A stretch of DNA of 61,979 nucleotides from Pseudaminobacter sp. (GTDB lineage Bacteria; Pseudomonadota; Alphaproteobacteria; Rhizobiales; Rhizobiaceae), in NCBI GenBank assembly GCA_049646905.1, contig JBARWP010000293.1, forward strand, positions 1 to 61,979, in the 5' to 3' direction. Below the pieces are notes generated by a model. The model searched no databases and was not told the origin of the DNA. It saw only the letters and a list, made by a program, of their open reading frames with translations. A program made the position numbers and the translations under genes. How positions within the stretch are numbered: the first letter of the stretch is position 1; each line of letters begins with the position of its first letter. Positions 29,401-39,769 of this stretch are shown piece after piece.

Positions 29401-30453
29401 TCAGCCGAGGCGTTCGGCCTTTGTGAATTTGATCTCGCTCACGACGCGCCGGCCGGCATCCCGGCGCGAGAGCTGGACCACGATCGGGATCACCTCTTTC
29501 AGGTAATCCATGATCTCATCGCGCGAGAGTTTCACGCCGCCCTGCATGACCATCAGCGCCAGGCGCTCATAGGCGGCGCGCGCCGAATTGGCATGCACCG
29601 TGGTCAACGATCCGGGGTGTCCCGTGTTGATCGCCTGCAAAAAGGAAAAAGCTTCCGCGCCGCGCAATTCGCCGAGCAGCAGCCGGTCCGGTCGCATTCG
29701 TAACGATGCCTCGAGGAGGCTTTGTGCGTCGACCTTCGCCAGGCCTTGGTCGCCTTTGGAGGAGAGCAGCGCGACCGTATTCGGCGTGACGGGCTTCAGC
29801 TCGCGCGTATCCTCGATCGTGATGATCCGTTCGCTCGAAGGAATGAGCTTTAGCAGGGCGTTCAAGAAGGTCGTCTTGCCGGTCGACGTGCCGCCCGAAA
29901 CAACGATCGACACGCGGTTCTTGACCGCATGCTCGAGGAATTTCATCGGGGCAGAGCCGCCGATCAGCTCGACCAGTTCCGTTTCCTCTTCCGACAAGCC
30001 GAGCTCATTGCCCATGCGCGTTTCTTCGAAGGCGCCGCGCTTCGCGTAGTCGTCGACGGTCATGTTCATGATGACCTGCTTGCGGATCGAAATCGCGCCG
30101 CCGTCGGGTGCCGCCGGCGGCAGCACGAATTGAATGCGCTCGCCGCTGGGGAGCGCCGCCGACAGGATCGGCTTTTCCTCATTCACCTGTTGATTGGTCG
30201 AGCTGGCGACGAGTGTTGCGAGGTTGCGAATCCATTTTTCGGTCAGCCTGACGTCAGCAATCCGCTCCATTTCCTTGGCGCCAAGCCGCTCGACAAAGAT
30301 TTCGCCCGGCCTGTTGACGGAAAGCTCGGATACATCGTCCTGCCGTAGTAATTCGTGAAGCGGTTCCAGTTCCATTTCCAGAATCGGGAACTTGGCATAC
30401 GGACTCGGCGAGGTAGCCGGCGAAGCAGTGGCCGGGTGTTTGATCATATTCAT
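29401..30453 (-). CDS. virB11: VirB11 ATPase
   Basis: GGTSTGKTT, IEDTREL, LRMRPDR...GELRG, TGHPGS.TT.HA. Confidence 0.95.
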   Translation of the reverse strand: MNMIKHPATASPATSPSPYAKFPILEMELEPLHELLRQDDVSELSVNRPGEIFVERLGAKEMERIADVRLTEKWIRNLATLVASSTNQQVNEEKPILSAALPSGERIQFVLPPAAPDGGAISIRKQVIMNMTVDDYAKRGAFEETRMGNELGLSEEETELVELIGGSAPMKFLEHAVKNRVSIVVSGGTSTGKTTFLNALLKLIPSSERIITIEDTRELKPVTPNTVALLSSKGDQGLAKVDAQSLLEASLRMRPDRLLLGELRGAEAFSFLQAINTGHPGSLTTVHANSARAAYERLALMVMQGGVKLSRDEIMDYLKEVIPIVVQLSRRDAGRRVVSEIKFTKAERLG

Positions 30454-31895
30454 TTGGTCACCGGGGGTGCTGCCGGAAACCAGTTGTCCTTTGGCGTCAT
30501 GTAGAGGGGAACCGGGTCGAGCGCGACACGCGGTCTGCCGCCGCGCTTCAGCCTCGCCAGCTCTTGCTGGACCGGATCGGCGTAGAGTTCCGAAAAATCG
30601 AGATCGCGGCGCACAAAAACAATCACGGACGACCCTTGATCGACATAGATCGTCGGCGGGATGTTGCGCGAATCCTCGAAAGCCTCCTTGGCCAATTCGG
30701 TCATCGTGCTTGCGGAGCGTTCGATCGCGATCTGACGGGCTTCCTCTTCCGTCCTCTCCGGATCGATCGTGATCGTCGTCACCTCGCCAGTGACAGGATC
30801 GACGCGGGTAATGGTCTCCTGGCGCCGGCCACCGCTCGGGTCGGCAAGCGCCGAAAGGTATTCCGCCGCACCGCCAACGATCGACAGCACAATCGCCGAG
30901 CCGAAGCGCTCCAGCCAGTGGCGATCGACACGACCGGCCATGCCGCCGCGGCCAAGGCTGTCAGCACCTGGCGAGCCGATGTTGACCGACACGCCGTCCG
31001 ACCGGATCATCCGGTTCCAGACGACAAAGACGCGCGTTTGGCCGCGGGCAATGCCGGACTTGTACTCGCCGGTCAGCCGCGACCCTTTCGGGATCAGCAC
31101 ACGCCGACCGTCAAGTGAGTAGACATCCTCGCGCACGACGGCCCGGACCATGCCGGGCAGGTCAGTGTTGATCGCCGTTTCAAGAAAACCGCGGATCATG
31201 GTGCCCTCTGCAATCAGGGCATCCGTGCGGTAGTTCTTCGTCGCCGTCGCCTGAGCGTTCCGACTACTTTCGGCCTGGGCGAGGAATGCCTTGTTGGGGT
31301 CCAGGTCTGCCCCAGGGACAGGACTGAGCTGTCCGTCGCCGGCGATGGCCGCGGCCGCGTCGCCTGTCGGGGCGTCCTGTTCCCCGTCGGTGACGATCTG
31401 GTTCGAGCGCAGCCGCTCCCACAGCTCCTTTTCTTCCTGCTCCTTGCGCTTGCGTTCTTCCTCCGCCAATCGCGCTTCCTCCTCCCGCCGACGGGCCTCT
31501 TCCTCGGCACGTCGGCGTGCCTCGGCCTCGCGCATTTGCTGTTCGAGCAAGCGGCGCTGCTCCTCGAGATCGACGCCAGGCGCGACCGTCTGGTCGACAT
31601 CGGTCGACTGTTGCGGCGGCGGAGTCGGAGGAGGCGGAATGACAATCTGGTCTTGCGGGGGCAATGCCGTCGCCGGCGTCGCCGGCTCGCGCGGCTGAAA
31701 AGTCGAGGTCTCGAAAGCCTCGTCCTCGTTTGGTGTCGTGTTCCGGTCGGACGGCCCGCTCGGCCAGTTGATATACAACAGGCCTCCGGCCAGGATCAGT
31801 CCGATCCCCGCTATGCCAAGTTTCGTGCCCAAACCTGCATTTCGCCGGGCGACCGGGCTACCACCGTCGAGCTCATGATAGTCTATGTTCGACAT
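30450..31895 (-). CDS. virB10: VirB10/TrbI
   Basis: TM segment, Pro-rich and coiled linker, then LETAINTDLPG...IPKGSRL.G...G.VDRHW.ERFG...IPPTIYV.QG. Confidence 0.95.
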   Translation of the reverse strand: MSNIDYHELDGGSPVARRNAGLGTKLGIAGIGLILAGGLLYINWPSGPSDRNTTPNEDEAFETSTFQPREPATPATALPPQDQIVIPPPPTPPPQQSTDVDQTVAPGVDLEEQRRLLEQQMREAEARRRAEEEARRREEEARLAEEERKRKEQEEKELWERLRSNQIVTDGEQDAPTGDAAAAIAGDGQLSPVPGADLDPNKAFLAQAESSRNAQATATKNYRTDALIAEGTMIRGFLETAINTDLPGMVRAVVREDVYSLDGRRVLIPKGSRLTGEYKSGIARGQTRVFVVWNRMIRSDGVSVNIGSPGADSLGRGGMAGRVDRHWLERFGSAIVLSIVGGAAEYLSALADPSGGRRQETITRVDPVTGEVTTITIDPERTEEEARQIAIERSASTMTELAKEAFEDSRNIPPTIYVDQGSSVIVFVRRDLDFSELYADPVQQELARLKRGGRPRVALDPVPLYMTPKDNWFPAAPPVTK

Positions 31896-32704
31896 CAGCG
31901 GCTCCTCTGCTCGAACTGCCCACGCTTGCTCTTCCTGTCGAGTTTCGACGGGCCATAAATGTCTTCAATCGGATCCGGCAGGCGTTGGGATGGAGATTGA
32001 CGGTTGTAGAGGCACAACGTCTTGTCGCCGGCCCGCAGGGTGAATTGCCGCGCAACCTTGTCGACGATCATGTACTCGCCTTCGGTGCGCAGGTTCACCA
32101 AAGACTCACGGCCTTTAGCCTCGACAACAAAGATTGCCGGCACGTCGCCCGTGAATTGCAGGAACATTTTAGTCCCGTCATCGAACACGACCCGCGGCTT
32201 GAGCGAGTCATCACCACGATAGGCGTAGTCATAGTTCAGCATCGACGGGTCGATGTCTTTCAGCGATGGATTGCGGGCGCTTTCTTCGGCCTGGGCGAGG
32301 AGCCGCGCGTTCACGTCCTCGTCAGGGTATTTGAAGCGAACGTGAAACGATGCCCTGAGCGACGGTTCGCGCGAGCCCACCAGGAGCAGAGAATAGACCC
32401 GCTTGTTGGTGACGATGTTTACGTTGGTCTCGGCCTTTTCGACCAGCGGCTTGACGAAAAGGATGCCCGAGCCCTTCTTTGGCACAATCGACCACCCGAT
32501 CGTGTCGCCGGCCGAAATCGTTTCGATTACTTCCGTCGGGCTGAGCTGGATCATCGTCGAGACGCCGATCGCCGCTTGGACCGTCACGACATTGTCGTTG
32601 TTGAAGGTGACGTAGCGAATCCGGCTGTCGCGCGACAAAACCGGGCCTGCCAACGCCAGGCAAAATGCGGCCGACAACGCGGCGGTTCTAAGCCGCCGCC
32701 TCAT
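31895..32704 (-). CDS. virB9: VirB9/TrbG
   Basis: Signal peptide, DSRIR, LFVKP...TN....TNKR.Y, N..Y...P..VFDDG. Confidence 0.93.
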   Translation of the reverse strand: MRRRLRTAALSAAFCLALAGPVLSRDSRIRYVTFNNDNVVTVQAAIGVSTMIQLSPTEVIETISAGDTIGWSIVPKKGSGILFVKPLVEKAETNVNIVTNKRVYSLLLVGSREPSLRASFHVRFKYPDEDVNARLLAQAEESARNPSLKDIDPSMLNYDYAYRGDDSLKPRVVFDDGTKMFLQFTGDVPAIFVVEAKGRESLVNLRTEGEYMIVDKVARQFTLRAGDKTLCLYNRQSPSQRLPDPIEDIYGPSKLDRKSKRGQFEQRSR

Positions 32705-33417
32705 TGTACCGTCCTGTCGGCCGGCGCGGCGTCAGGCAGCGATTCCTGGTCACGCCGGTATTCCGTGACCTGGAAGCCCAATGGATTGTCGAACCGATAC
32801 TCGTTCTTGAGCGGCGTGCTCGTGTAGCGGAATTTGACGACCGCCACCCAGTGCTCACGCCGCGTCGTGTTCTGCCGTTTCTCTTCGGTCGAAAGGCGGA
32901 CCGTGGCTGTCGTGCGATTCAGGAACGACACCGACTTCACCGTTGCGCTGATGGTCGTGTCGGTCCCATACCGCTTGTCTTTGGAGTTCGGATTTGAGGG
33001 CGTAAATTCCCGCACGAGATCTTCGGCGGCTGCTCCGGTCGAATAAAGCTGCGCCAGATCGAAATTCGATTTGATCATGCGCGGGTCATAGGTCTCGCGC
33101 GCCCGGATATAGCGCACGATGTTCGCCGCCGTGACCGCTTCATCCTGGGACAGGTCACCCGGTTTCAGGGCTCGCGCAATTTCGAGGTAGCCGGTCGTTT
33201 TGTCGACAGCGACCATATAGGGTTCGTATTGCTTGAGCGGAAAAAGCAGCACGAGCGCCACCAGAGAGAGAAGCGCGATGAATCCGAAGACGCCGGTCAG
33301 CAGCCAAGCGAACGTTCGTGATCGCCGTAAGCTGCGATGGGTATCGTCTTCCCACGACTTGCCTTGCTGGTAGTACCGTTGGTGGATCAGGCTTGTTTCC
33401 GTCGGTTCGTTTGACAC
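32701..33417 (-). CDS. virB8: VirB8
   Basis: TM segment, PLK..EPY...[25 protein letters not shown]. Confidence 0.95.
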   Translation of the reverse strand: MSNEPTETSLIHQRYYQQGKSWEDDTHRSLRRSRTFAWLLTGVFGFIALLSLVALVLLFPLKQYEPYMVAVDKTTGYLEIARALKPGDLSQDEAVTAANIVRYIRARETYDPRMIKSNFDLAQLYSTGAAAEDLVREFTPSNPNSKDKRYGTDTTISATVKSVSFLNRTTATVRLSTEEKRQNTTRREHWVAVVKFRYTSTPLKNEYRFDNPLGFQVTEYRRDQESLPDAAPADRTVQ

Positions 33418-33513
33418 TTTAATTTAGCCCTATTCTCAAGCTTCCTCGCGCCGCCATCAGATCCTTTGGATCGATGACAAGTTCGGCACTTTGCTGCCGT
33501 CTACCCATGGACC

Positions 33514-34551
33514 CTATAGCGAGGAGGCGTTCCTGGCCGTCTCGCGTTGAATGTTGAGCGCCCTCACATCCTCAGCAAATCTCGCTCGGCCTTCGGCCGA
33601 TCGCCGCACGAACGAGCCCCCCACACGCGCCGTCGTGCGCGTCACCGTGTTGTTCATCGTCCCCTTGGCGGAACGCAACATTCCACTGATCGCGCCCGCG
33701 GTTCCGATCGGCCCGCTCCCGGTCAAAATGCCGGCGATGATCGGGATTTGGAGAAGCACGTAGAATCCGACAAGCGTCACCAGCATGAGTGGCATGACGT
33801 GAGAAAGCTTGCCCGTTATGTCAGTCCCCGCGCCGCCCTCCATGGCGGAAACCGAGAGCTGGACCATGTAGTAGTAGAAGCCGAGGAAGCCGTAGATCAG
33901 CAATTGCTGCACCACCAAATTCGCGGTGACGGTGAAAAAGCCCTCGGTAAATTTGAATGAATAATTGAAGAGGGCCATGATGATCCACACCGGCCCAAGA
34001 GCCAGGATGATGAAAAGAAGGACTTTTGCAGCGATAATCGCCGCTACGGCGACGCCGATGAATAGCAGCGTAAAAATGATGATGATGATCGCCAGAAGGG
34101 CGCCGAAGAAATCGGTCAACACTGACGTGTAGAGTTCGGGCACCACCCGCAACGTCGCTTCGTAGAGGGCGTCGAACATTGCCGGCACAGCATCGACCGA
34201 CGAGACCTGAGTGCCGGTCGTCGACGAAATCGTTTGGACGATGCGGTTGGCCAGAACTTCCGGGATCGACTGGACGAGCGTATAGATCGTCTCGGAGAAC
34301 GGAGCCCAGTTCGTGACCATCCAGTAGATGAACATCGCGCGGCCGAGACGCCACGCGGCCTCCAGCGGCGAGGCCGTCGAGCGGCCGAAAATCTGCATGT
34401 AACCCCAAATGATCACATAGAGGACCAGCATCGCGAAGAACAGGTTTTCGCTATAAAGGCCGATGCGCTTGTACAGGACCTCTACAAAGCGAGCCCCGGC
34501 CTGATCGACACCGCTCAGAAGGTCGCTGATGATGGTCGAAACGGGGTTCAT
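33514..34551 (-). CDS. virB6: VirB6/TrbL
   Basis: Polytopic membrane protein with ALGP.W motif and QIP; position within the operon. Confidence 0.88.
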   Translation of the reverse strand: MNPVSTIISDLLSGVDQAGARFVEVLYKRIGLYSENLFFAMLVLYVIIWGYMQIFGRSTASPLEAAWRLGRAMFIYWMVTNWAPFSETIYTLVQSIPEVLANRIVQTISSTTGTQVSSVDAVPAMFDALYEATLRVVPELYTSVLTDFFGALLAIIIIIFTLLFIGVAVAAIIAAKVLLFIILALGPVWIIMALFNYSFKFTEGFFTVTANLVVQQLLIYGFLGFYYYMVQLSVSAMEGGAGTDITGKLSHVMPLMLVTLVGFYVLLQIPIIAGILTGSGPIGTAGAISGMLRSAKGTMNNTVTRTTARVGGSFVRRSAEGRARFAEDVRALNIQRETARNASSL

Positions 34552-34554
34552 GCC

Positions 34555-34728
34555 TTATTCCGACACCACCTTGTCGAATGCCGAGTTTGCCGGCTTCAAC
34601 TCGCCGCACGCGTCATTGGCCGCGTACGAGGAAATCGGGCCGCAAGGCGCCTTGAGCTCACGGCCCGGTCTCGCGCAGGCAGTTGCCAGCGCGACGATCA
34701 TCAGCGCCAAAAACACCCGAGAATTCAT
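34555..34728 (-). CDS. Small lipoprotein (VirB7-like or entry-exclusion-like)
   Basis: Lipobox-like LATAC plus further cysteines; lies between virB5 and virB6. Confidence 0.6.
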   Translation of the reverse strand: MNSRVFLALMIVALATACARPGRELKAPCGPISSYAANDACGELKPANSAFDKVVSE

Positions 34729-34813
34729 GAACTTTTCTCCGCCGTCAGAGTCACGATCGCCGGCATCGTTCCCCGGATCGATGCCGGCGATCTCCGCCCC
34801 CGTAGCAAACGAT

Positions 34814-35551
34814 TTACTGTGAACCGCCGGCATCCTTGAACGGGTTAACGTCTTTGAATTGCAGCAGCTTTTGTACCTGAGATTGTTGCGTCAGCCGGAA
34901 CTTCAGGTCTTCGTTGAGGGCCGATACCGCGCCGTTCTGGACGCCGATCAGCTCGTTGATCGAGCGCGCGGTTTCCAGCTGCATGCGTGTGTTTTCGTCC
35001 ACCGAACCCTTGACGTTCTCCGCCTGACCGATTTGGCCGGTCGCCGACTGCAATGACTGTTCCCGGGTCGTCACGCCTTGCGAAGCTTGCTGCGTCAGTG
35101 CGGCCAGCAGCGCCGAGGCGTTGACGCTGCCGCTGTAAAGGCTGTTCACGGCGCCTGGGTCCTCACCCTGGATGACGGCTTTCAGCTGTTTGACCAGCTG
35201 CAGGCCGTTGATCACCGCGCCGGCGATCTGTTGCGCCTGACCACCAAGCCCGCCAAAGGAGAGTGTCCCGCCGTTGAGAACCGATCCAAATGATGGCGCG
35301 GAGGCGATCGACATTCCCCCGCCGAGCCCCTGTTGACCGATGCCGAGTGATCCGTTTCGCGTCCCGGAAAGTGCCTGCAGGATCTCCTGCGACTTCTCGA
35401 GGATGTCCTCGTTGCTCTTCATGATTGAGCTGGTGTTTTCGGCGTTTTCTCGCGCGACATCCAGATTGGCGCCGTCGATAACCGCGATTTGCGCATTGCC
35501 GAGCGCAGTAGACGCGGCCAGGAATAGCGATGCTGCAACAGTCCGTTTCAT
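34814..35551 (-). CDS. virB5: VirB5-like minor pilin
   Basis: Signal peptide followed by AQIAVIDGANL; Q/N-rich helical body; operon position. Confidence 0.7.
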   Translation of the reverse strand: MKRTVAASLFLAASTALGNAQIAVIDGANLDVARENAENTSSIMKSNEDILEKSQEILQALSGTRNGSLGIGQQGLGGGMSIASAPSFGSVLNGGTLSFGGLGGQAQQIAGAVINGLQLVKQLKAVIQGEDPGAVNSLYSGSVNASALLAALTQQASQGVTTREQSLQSATGQIGQAENVKGSVDENTRMQLETARSINELIGVQNGAVSALNEDLKFRLTQQSQVQKLLQFKDVNPFKDAGGSQ

Positions 35552-35569
35552 AACGGGGCTCCTTTCACT

Positions 35570-36745
35570 CTATTGCGCGTTGCGTTGCATGATTTCCAAA
35601 GCACCCGCCGCCGCGTTGGCATTGGGAACCAGTGTGCTCTCTTCCGCGCCGCCCGATCCTGTGACTCGTTTGGCGCAGCCGGGCCACAAATGCTCCGGCA
35701 CCTCCAGCCTGCCCAGGATGACGGGATCGCATGAGAACGGGTTTTCCGTGCCCTCACTGGTACCGAATTTTGACACCTGAGAGAGCTTGGTGTTGCGCTG
35801 CAGAAGACGACCATTCAGCAGCTCGTTCACCGCTGCAGAACCCTGGATTAGCTGGTTGAGCAGGTCAGCATTCAAACTGCGCGCCGTGGAGTTTTCGTCC
35901 CAGGCATCCATGTATTCTTCCTTCGTCCCGACACCCGCCGCCAACGTGTCGATGAGGCTGGAATACTGCGATCGCTGCGCACCGCTTGCTTCGAGCCCCG
36001 CAGCCGTCTTGTTGACGGCATTGACACCGCCAGTCTGTGCGGCACCGGCAGCGGCGGTGCCGCTAACCTGGATGCTAAAGGGCGGCGGGGCGGCAGCCGG
36101 CGCTTTACCGGACCCCGCATACTCATTGAAGTATCCATGCCAGCGCCCGACGCCAGCCGACCAATTGGCCTGTTCGGCCGCCGTCGAACCGTTGTAGTAA
36201 GAGGCGAGGCATGCGTAATTCGTGCCGCCGCATTTCTTGACCGCCTGGCTCAGCAGCTTCACCCCGCCCTCGACATTCTGTTCGTTGATATCGCGATCGA
36301 AGCCGAGGCCGCGGCCCGTCCTCTTGGTGAGCTGCATCGCGCCTTTCACGCCAGTATGGCTGCCGGCGCAGGTGTCGAAGCGCGCTTCCTGGTAGGACAC
36401 AGACAGCGCCAATCCTTCCGAAATGCCATACTTCTTTGCGTAGTGCCGGATGAGCGACACATTGCCCGCATCACGCGCGAGCGCCTGTTGTGGCGAGCGC
36501 CGGAACATTTCGTTCCGGTATTTGTTCGAATAGGTGCAGACGACGGCCTTGCGCTGTCCAGTTTCAGACTTCTTGTCCTCATTGGAACTGTCGTTCTGGA
36601 ACTCATCTTTTTTCCGCTCGACGAGGTTCGGATCGTCTTCAACAGCGATTTGTGCCAGACCAATGCTCGGGCCGATGAGCATCGGCGCCGTCACGACCGT
36701 TGCGAACAATGTGGCCGACCGGCCGGCTTTAGGCTGCCTGCTCAT
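35570..36745 (-). CDS. Secreted VirB5-like protein with an internal lytic transglycosylase (SLT) domain
   Basis: Signal peptide and AQIAVEDDPNL; SLT motifs A.KYGI...QEARF...GAMQL...NVEGGVK.L...ASYYNG; C-terminus resembles the adjacent VirB5. Confidence 0.7.
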   Translation of the reverse strand: MSRQPKAGRSATLFATVVTAPMLIGPSIGLAQIAVEDDPNLVERKKDEFQNDSSNEDKKSETGQRKAVVCTYSNKYRNEMFRRSPQQALARDAGNVSLIRHYAKKYGISEGLALSVSYQEARFDTCAGSHTGVKGAMQLTKRTGRGLGFDRDINEQNVEGGVKLLSQAVKKCGGTNYACLASYYNGSTAAEQANWSAGVGRWHGYFNEYAGSGKAPAAAPPPFSIQVSGTAAAGAAQTGGVNAVNKTAAGLEASGAQRSQYSSLIDTLAAGVGTKEEYMDAWDENSTARSLNADLLNQLIQGSAAVNELLNGRLLQRNTKLSQVSKFGTSEGTENPFSCDPVILGRLEVPEHLWPGCAKRVTGSGGAEESTLVPNANAAAGALEIMQRNAQ

Positions 36746-39140
36746 CCGCTTCCGTCTCCCATCCACAAAAATAGGGGAGCCACGCCGTCGGCTCTTCGCC
36801 ATAGCGCTTGCGCAGCTCCTCACACTCACGAACGGTTTTTTCGTTGCCCGACAGGACCCTCACCAGGTCCGGCATCGTCGAAAGGTCGAGTTTGGCGACG
36901 ATCGAATCCGACGCATGCTTCACAAGAAACGCGCGGCTTTCCTTTGCCGTCTCCCTGACAAACCGAAACTCCTTGGACGTTAAGGTGAACCGTCTGCGGT
37001 AGGATTCCTGATCGGCCTTCGGGTTTGGAAAGAAAATGTTGGTGGAGGTTTGCTCAATCAGCGTGTTCGAGATTGCCGACCTTGCTACATCGTCCGCGGA
37101 TTGGGTGCCGAAGCCGACCACGCCGTTGCGCTTGCGGATCGTCTTCAACAGGTCCTTGATGAACTCGACGAAAACGTCGTCATCCAGGAGCTTCCAGCCT
37201 TCATCGAGGAATACCAGGAACGGATCGCCGTTTATCTCCTGGTCGATGCGGAAGAACATATAGAGCAGTGCCGCCGTGCGGATTTTCGGCTCGTTCAGGA
37301 TTTTGGTCATGTCGAAGCCGATCACCGCCGTCGAGAAGTCGAGTTGGTCGGTCGCATTGTTGAAGAGCCAACCTCTGCTCTTCGTGTCGAGCCACGGCTC
37401 GAGCCGTTGTGTCAGGTCGTTCATCCCCGGTTGCAAACGACCGCGCAGGACCTCCGGCAGCATCGAAAAGACGCGCCGCTCTTTCGGAATCCTGAAAATC
37501 TGGTCGACCGCATCGCCGATCACGCGGATCTCGGCGGGCTCCAACGTGCCGTTGTCAGGCTTCAGCAGATATTGCAGCAACGTATCGACGAATGACCGGT
37601 TTTCCGGCGTGTCATCCAGCTGCAGGGGCGCGAACCCGGTTTGAACACCGGGTTGCAGAACTTCATAGCGGCCGCCGAGCGCTCGCACGAAGATTTCCGC
37701 GCCGCGATCCTTGTCAAAATAGACGCAGCGCGGCCGAGGCTCGACCCTCATGCTTTGAGCCAGCAGGAAGGACATCGCCACGGTCTTGCCCCAGCCGGTC
37801 GGGCCAAAAACCGTGAAATTTCCCACGTCGTCGACATGGAAATTGAAATAGTAGGCTGTTTGGCTTGTCGTCTCGAGCAGGGCGATGGGACGTTTCCAAT
37901 GCAGCCGGTCTTTCTGGCCGGACGGGAAATTATGCCCCGAAAACAGTCCCGCGAAATTCATCGACGAGATCAATGCCTTGCGTGCGATGTAGCTAAAATT
38001 CCCCGGCAGTTGCGCCCAAAACGCCGGCTCCATGTTCAGACGCTCTCGTACCGGAATGATCGCCAGACGCGACATTTCCGACTGCACGTCGGAAATTGCC
38101 TTGTTGAGCTCCGGAACTGACCGAGCGACGACGCAAACGGTCAGATGATGGTCGCCGAACACGACTTCGCCTTGCGCCAGCTTGTCCATGCCGTCGTGAA
38201 CGGATTGCTCGACTGAGGTGCCCCCTTCATCAGAGCCGACAACCTGTCGACCGATCTTGCGGATTTGGCCCATTGCGGCAACGCGGTCCTCCAGGGCGAA
38301 GGACTGTGTAATGATGATCTCATGAGGCAGGCGAAGAAGCCCGTCGAGGCCGCCCGGCGTTGTGTAGGGGGGATACTCCTTCATGGAGATCATCGCGGCC
38401 AATTTCGAACTAGAGGGCTCTGCCCCCTTGATCTCGATCGCCTCGCGCCCGAACAGCAGTTGCCGCGTCGGAATTGCCTCAGCCAAACTCATTCGGGGGA
38501 GCGGGACTTCCACCTCATCGGCGCCCGCCAAGATCTTCGCTAGAAATTCCCCAGGCTCCGAAAATACGCTGCCGTTGCGCTCGACCACGCCGAGTTTGCG
38601 CGCCCCATAGGCGCCGAAATCCTGCACGATGCTGTCGGTCACATCGTGCAGTTCCTTGAGTGCTTCGGCGCGGGTTTCTTCGCCGGCCGATTGCAAACGA
38701 AACTGATCAAAAACCTTGTCCACCCAGCCGATCTTTCCGACCATCGGCCGGCGTATGACCGTCATATAAACTTCGTTGACGAACAGGTTTTTGGAGGACA
38801 GCGCCTCCATGTAACGCGCGTCCAGCTCCGCGACGAACGGGTTGTCGAAGCTACCTTCGATCTCCGGCGTGATGTGGCGACGGATGATCGTCGCATAGAC
38901 GGCAAAGCGCGACGACGAGAGATTGCGGAATGTGGTGTTGCGGTTCAGGACACGGGCGTTGAGCTCTGACTGGTCCATCGTCTGGAACGGCAGACCGCCC
39001 ATGCGGATGATGCAGGCCAGAAACCCCGCTTTGGTCACTAACGCATTATCATCCACATGACGCAGAAAAGGGACGTGTTCACTCACGCCCTGCTCCTTTT
39101 TGCGCTGCTTGCCGTATTTCAGATCAGCGTTGATGCTCAC
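36729..39140 (-). CDS. virB4: VirB4 ATPase
   Basis: FWAQLPGN, GPTGWGKT, FDKDRG, LDEGW, IRKRNG...TQS. GTG 39140 overlaps the virB3 stop. Confidence 0.95.
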   Translation of the reverse strand: MSINADLKYGKQRKKEQGVSEHVPFLRHVDDNALVTKAGFLACIIRMGGLPFQTMDQSELNARVLNRNTTFRNLSSSRFAVYATIIRRHITPEIEGSFDNPFVAELDARYMEALSSKNLFVNEVYMTVIRRPMVGKIGWVDKVFDQFRLQSAGEETRAEALKELHDVTDSIVQDFGAYGARKLGVVERNGSVFSEPGEFLAKILAGADEVEVPLPRMSLAEAIPTRQLLFGREAIEIKGAEPSSSKLAAMISMKEYPPYTTPGGLDGLLRLPHEIIITQSFALEDRVAAMGQIRKIGRQVVGSDEGGTSVEQSVHDGMDKLAQGEVVFGDHHLTVCVVARSVPELNKAISDVQSEMSRLAIIPVRERLNMEPAFWAQLPGNFSYIARKALISSMNFAGLFSGHNFPSGQKDRLHWKRPIALLETTSQTAYYFNFHVDDVGNFTVFGPTGWGKTVAMSFLLAQSMRVEPRPRCVYFDKDRGAEIFVRALGGRYEVLQPGVQTGFAPLQLDDTPENRSFVDTLLQYLLKPDNGTLEPAEIRVIGDAVDQIFRIPKERRVFSMLPEVLRGRLQPGMNDLTQRLEPWLDTKSRGWLFNNATDQLDFSTAVIGFDMTKILNEPKIRTAALLYMFFRIDQEINGDPFLVFLDEGWKLLDDDVFVEFIKDLLKTIRKRNGVVGFGTQSADDVARSAISNTLIEQTSTNIFFPNPKADQESYRRRFTLTSKEFRFVRETAKESRAFLVKHASDSIVAKLDLSTMPDLVRVLSGNEKTVRECEELRKRYGEEPTAWLPYFCGWETEADEQAA

Positions 39141-39439
39141 GGAGAATAACTCCTGGCTCCCCAAAACGAGGTGTTTCCCATCGCCCGCTTGGTCAGAAAA
39201 AGGCGCTCGAAAATATGAAAAATGTGAATGTCGCGTTGACACAGATAGGCCGATACTCCGTGGCCGATCACGGCCACGAGGGGCGGAAGCAGAATGTTGC
39301 TGGTGGCGATGAAAAACACGACGCCGATCAAACCGTTCAGCCAAAAAATCTCGTAACGCACCCCCAACACCATCAAGGGGCGCGTTAAGGCGAGGCTCAC
39401 AGGCTCGGCCGTCGGCAGGTCGTCTTCGTTGTCGTTCAT
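39137..39439 (-). CDS. virB3: VirB3
   Basis: ALTRP...GV, two TM segments, N..FWGA.SY.P. Confidence 0.92.
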   Translation of the reverse strand: MNDNEDDLPTAEPVSLALTRPLMVLGVRYEIFWLNGLIGVVFFIATSNILLPPLVAVIGHGVSAYLCQRDIHIFHIFERLFLTKRAMGNTSFWGARSYSP

Positions 39440-39442
39440 GTC

Positions 39443-39769
39443 TTAGCTCGAGGCGGTCTCACGGATTGCGTCGACCAGTGTTGAGGCGCCAAACACGAAA
39501 GCGATGCCGACGACGATCGAGAACGCCAGCGGCCAGGCCAGGCGGCCTGTCATTGCCATAAACCCGAGGAAACAGACCGCGATGATCGCAATAGAGCGCG
39601 CGATGTTGCCCTGCAGGACGCCGACCAGCCAATCGAAGACACCTTCGATTGGCGCGGCGTCTTGGGCGTAGGCCGCGACCGGCTGCAAAAGCGTGCCGAT
39701 TGCGACGGCAGCAGCGAACTGCAGCGTCAACTTACTCCACTTCAATAACATGTCCGTCCTTCCACGCAT
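39443..39769 (-). CDS. virB2: VirB2/TrbC major pilin
   Basis: Long signal ending AYA-Q, two hydrophobic helices, G.L.W...GI..VFGA. Confidence 0.9.
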   Translation of the reverse strand: MRGRTDMLLKWSKLTLQFAAAVAIGTLLQPVAAYAQDAAPIEGVFDWLVGVLQGNIARSIAIIAVCFLGFMAMTGRLAWPLAFSIVVGIAFVFGASTLVDAIRETASS

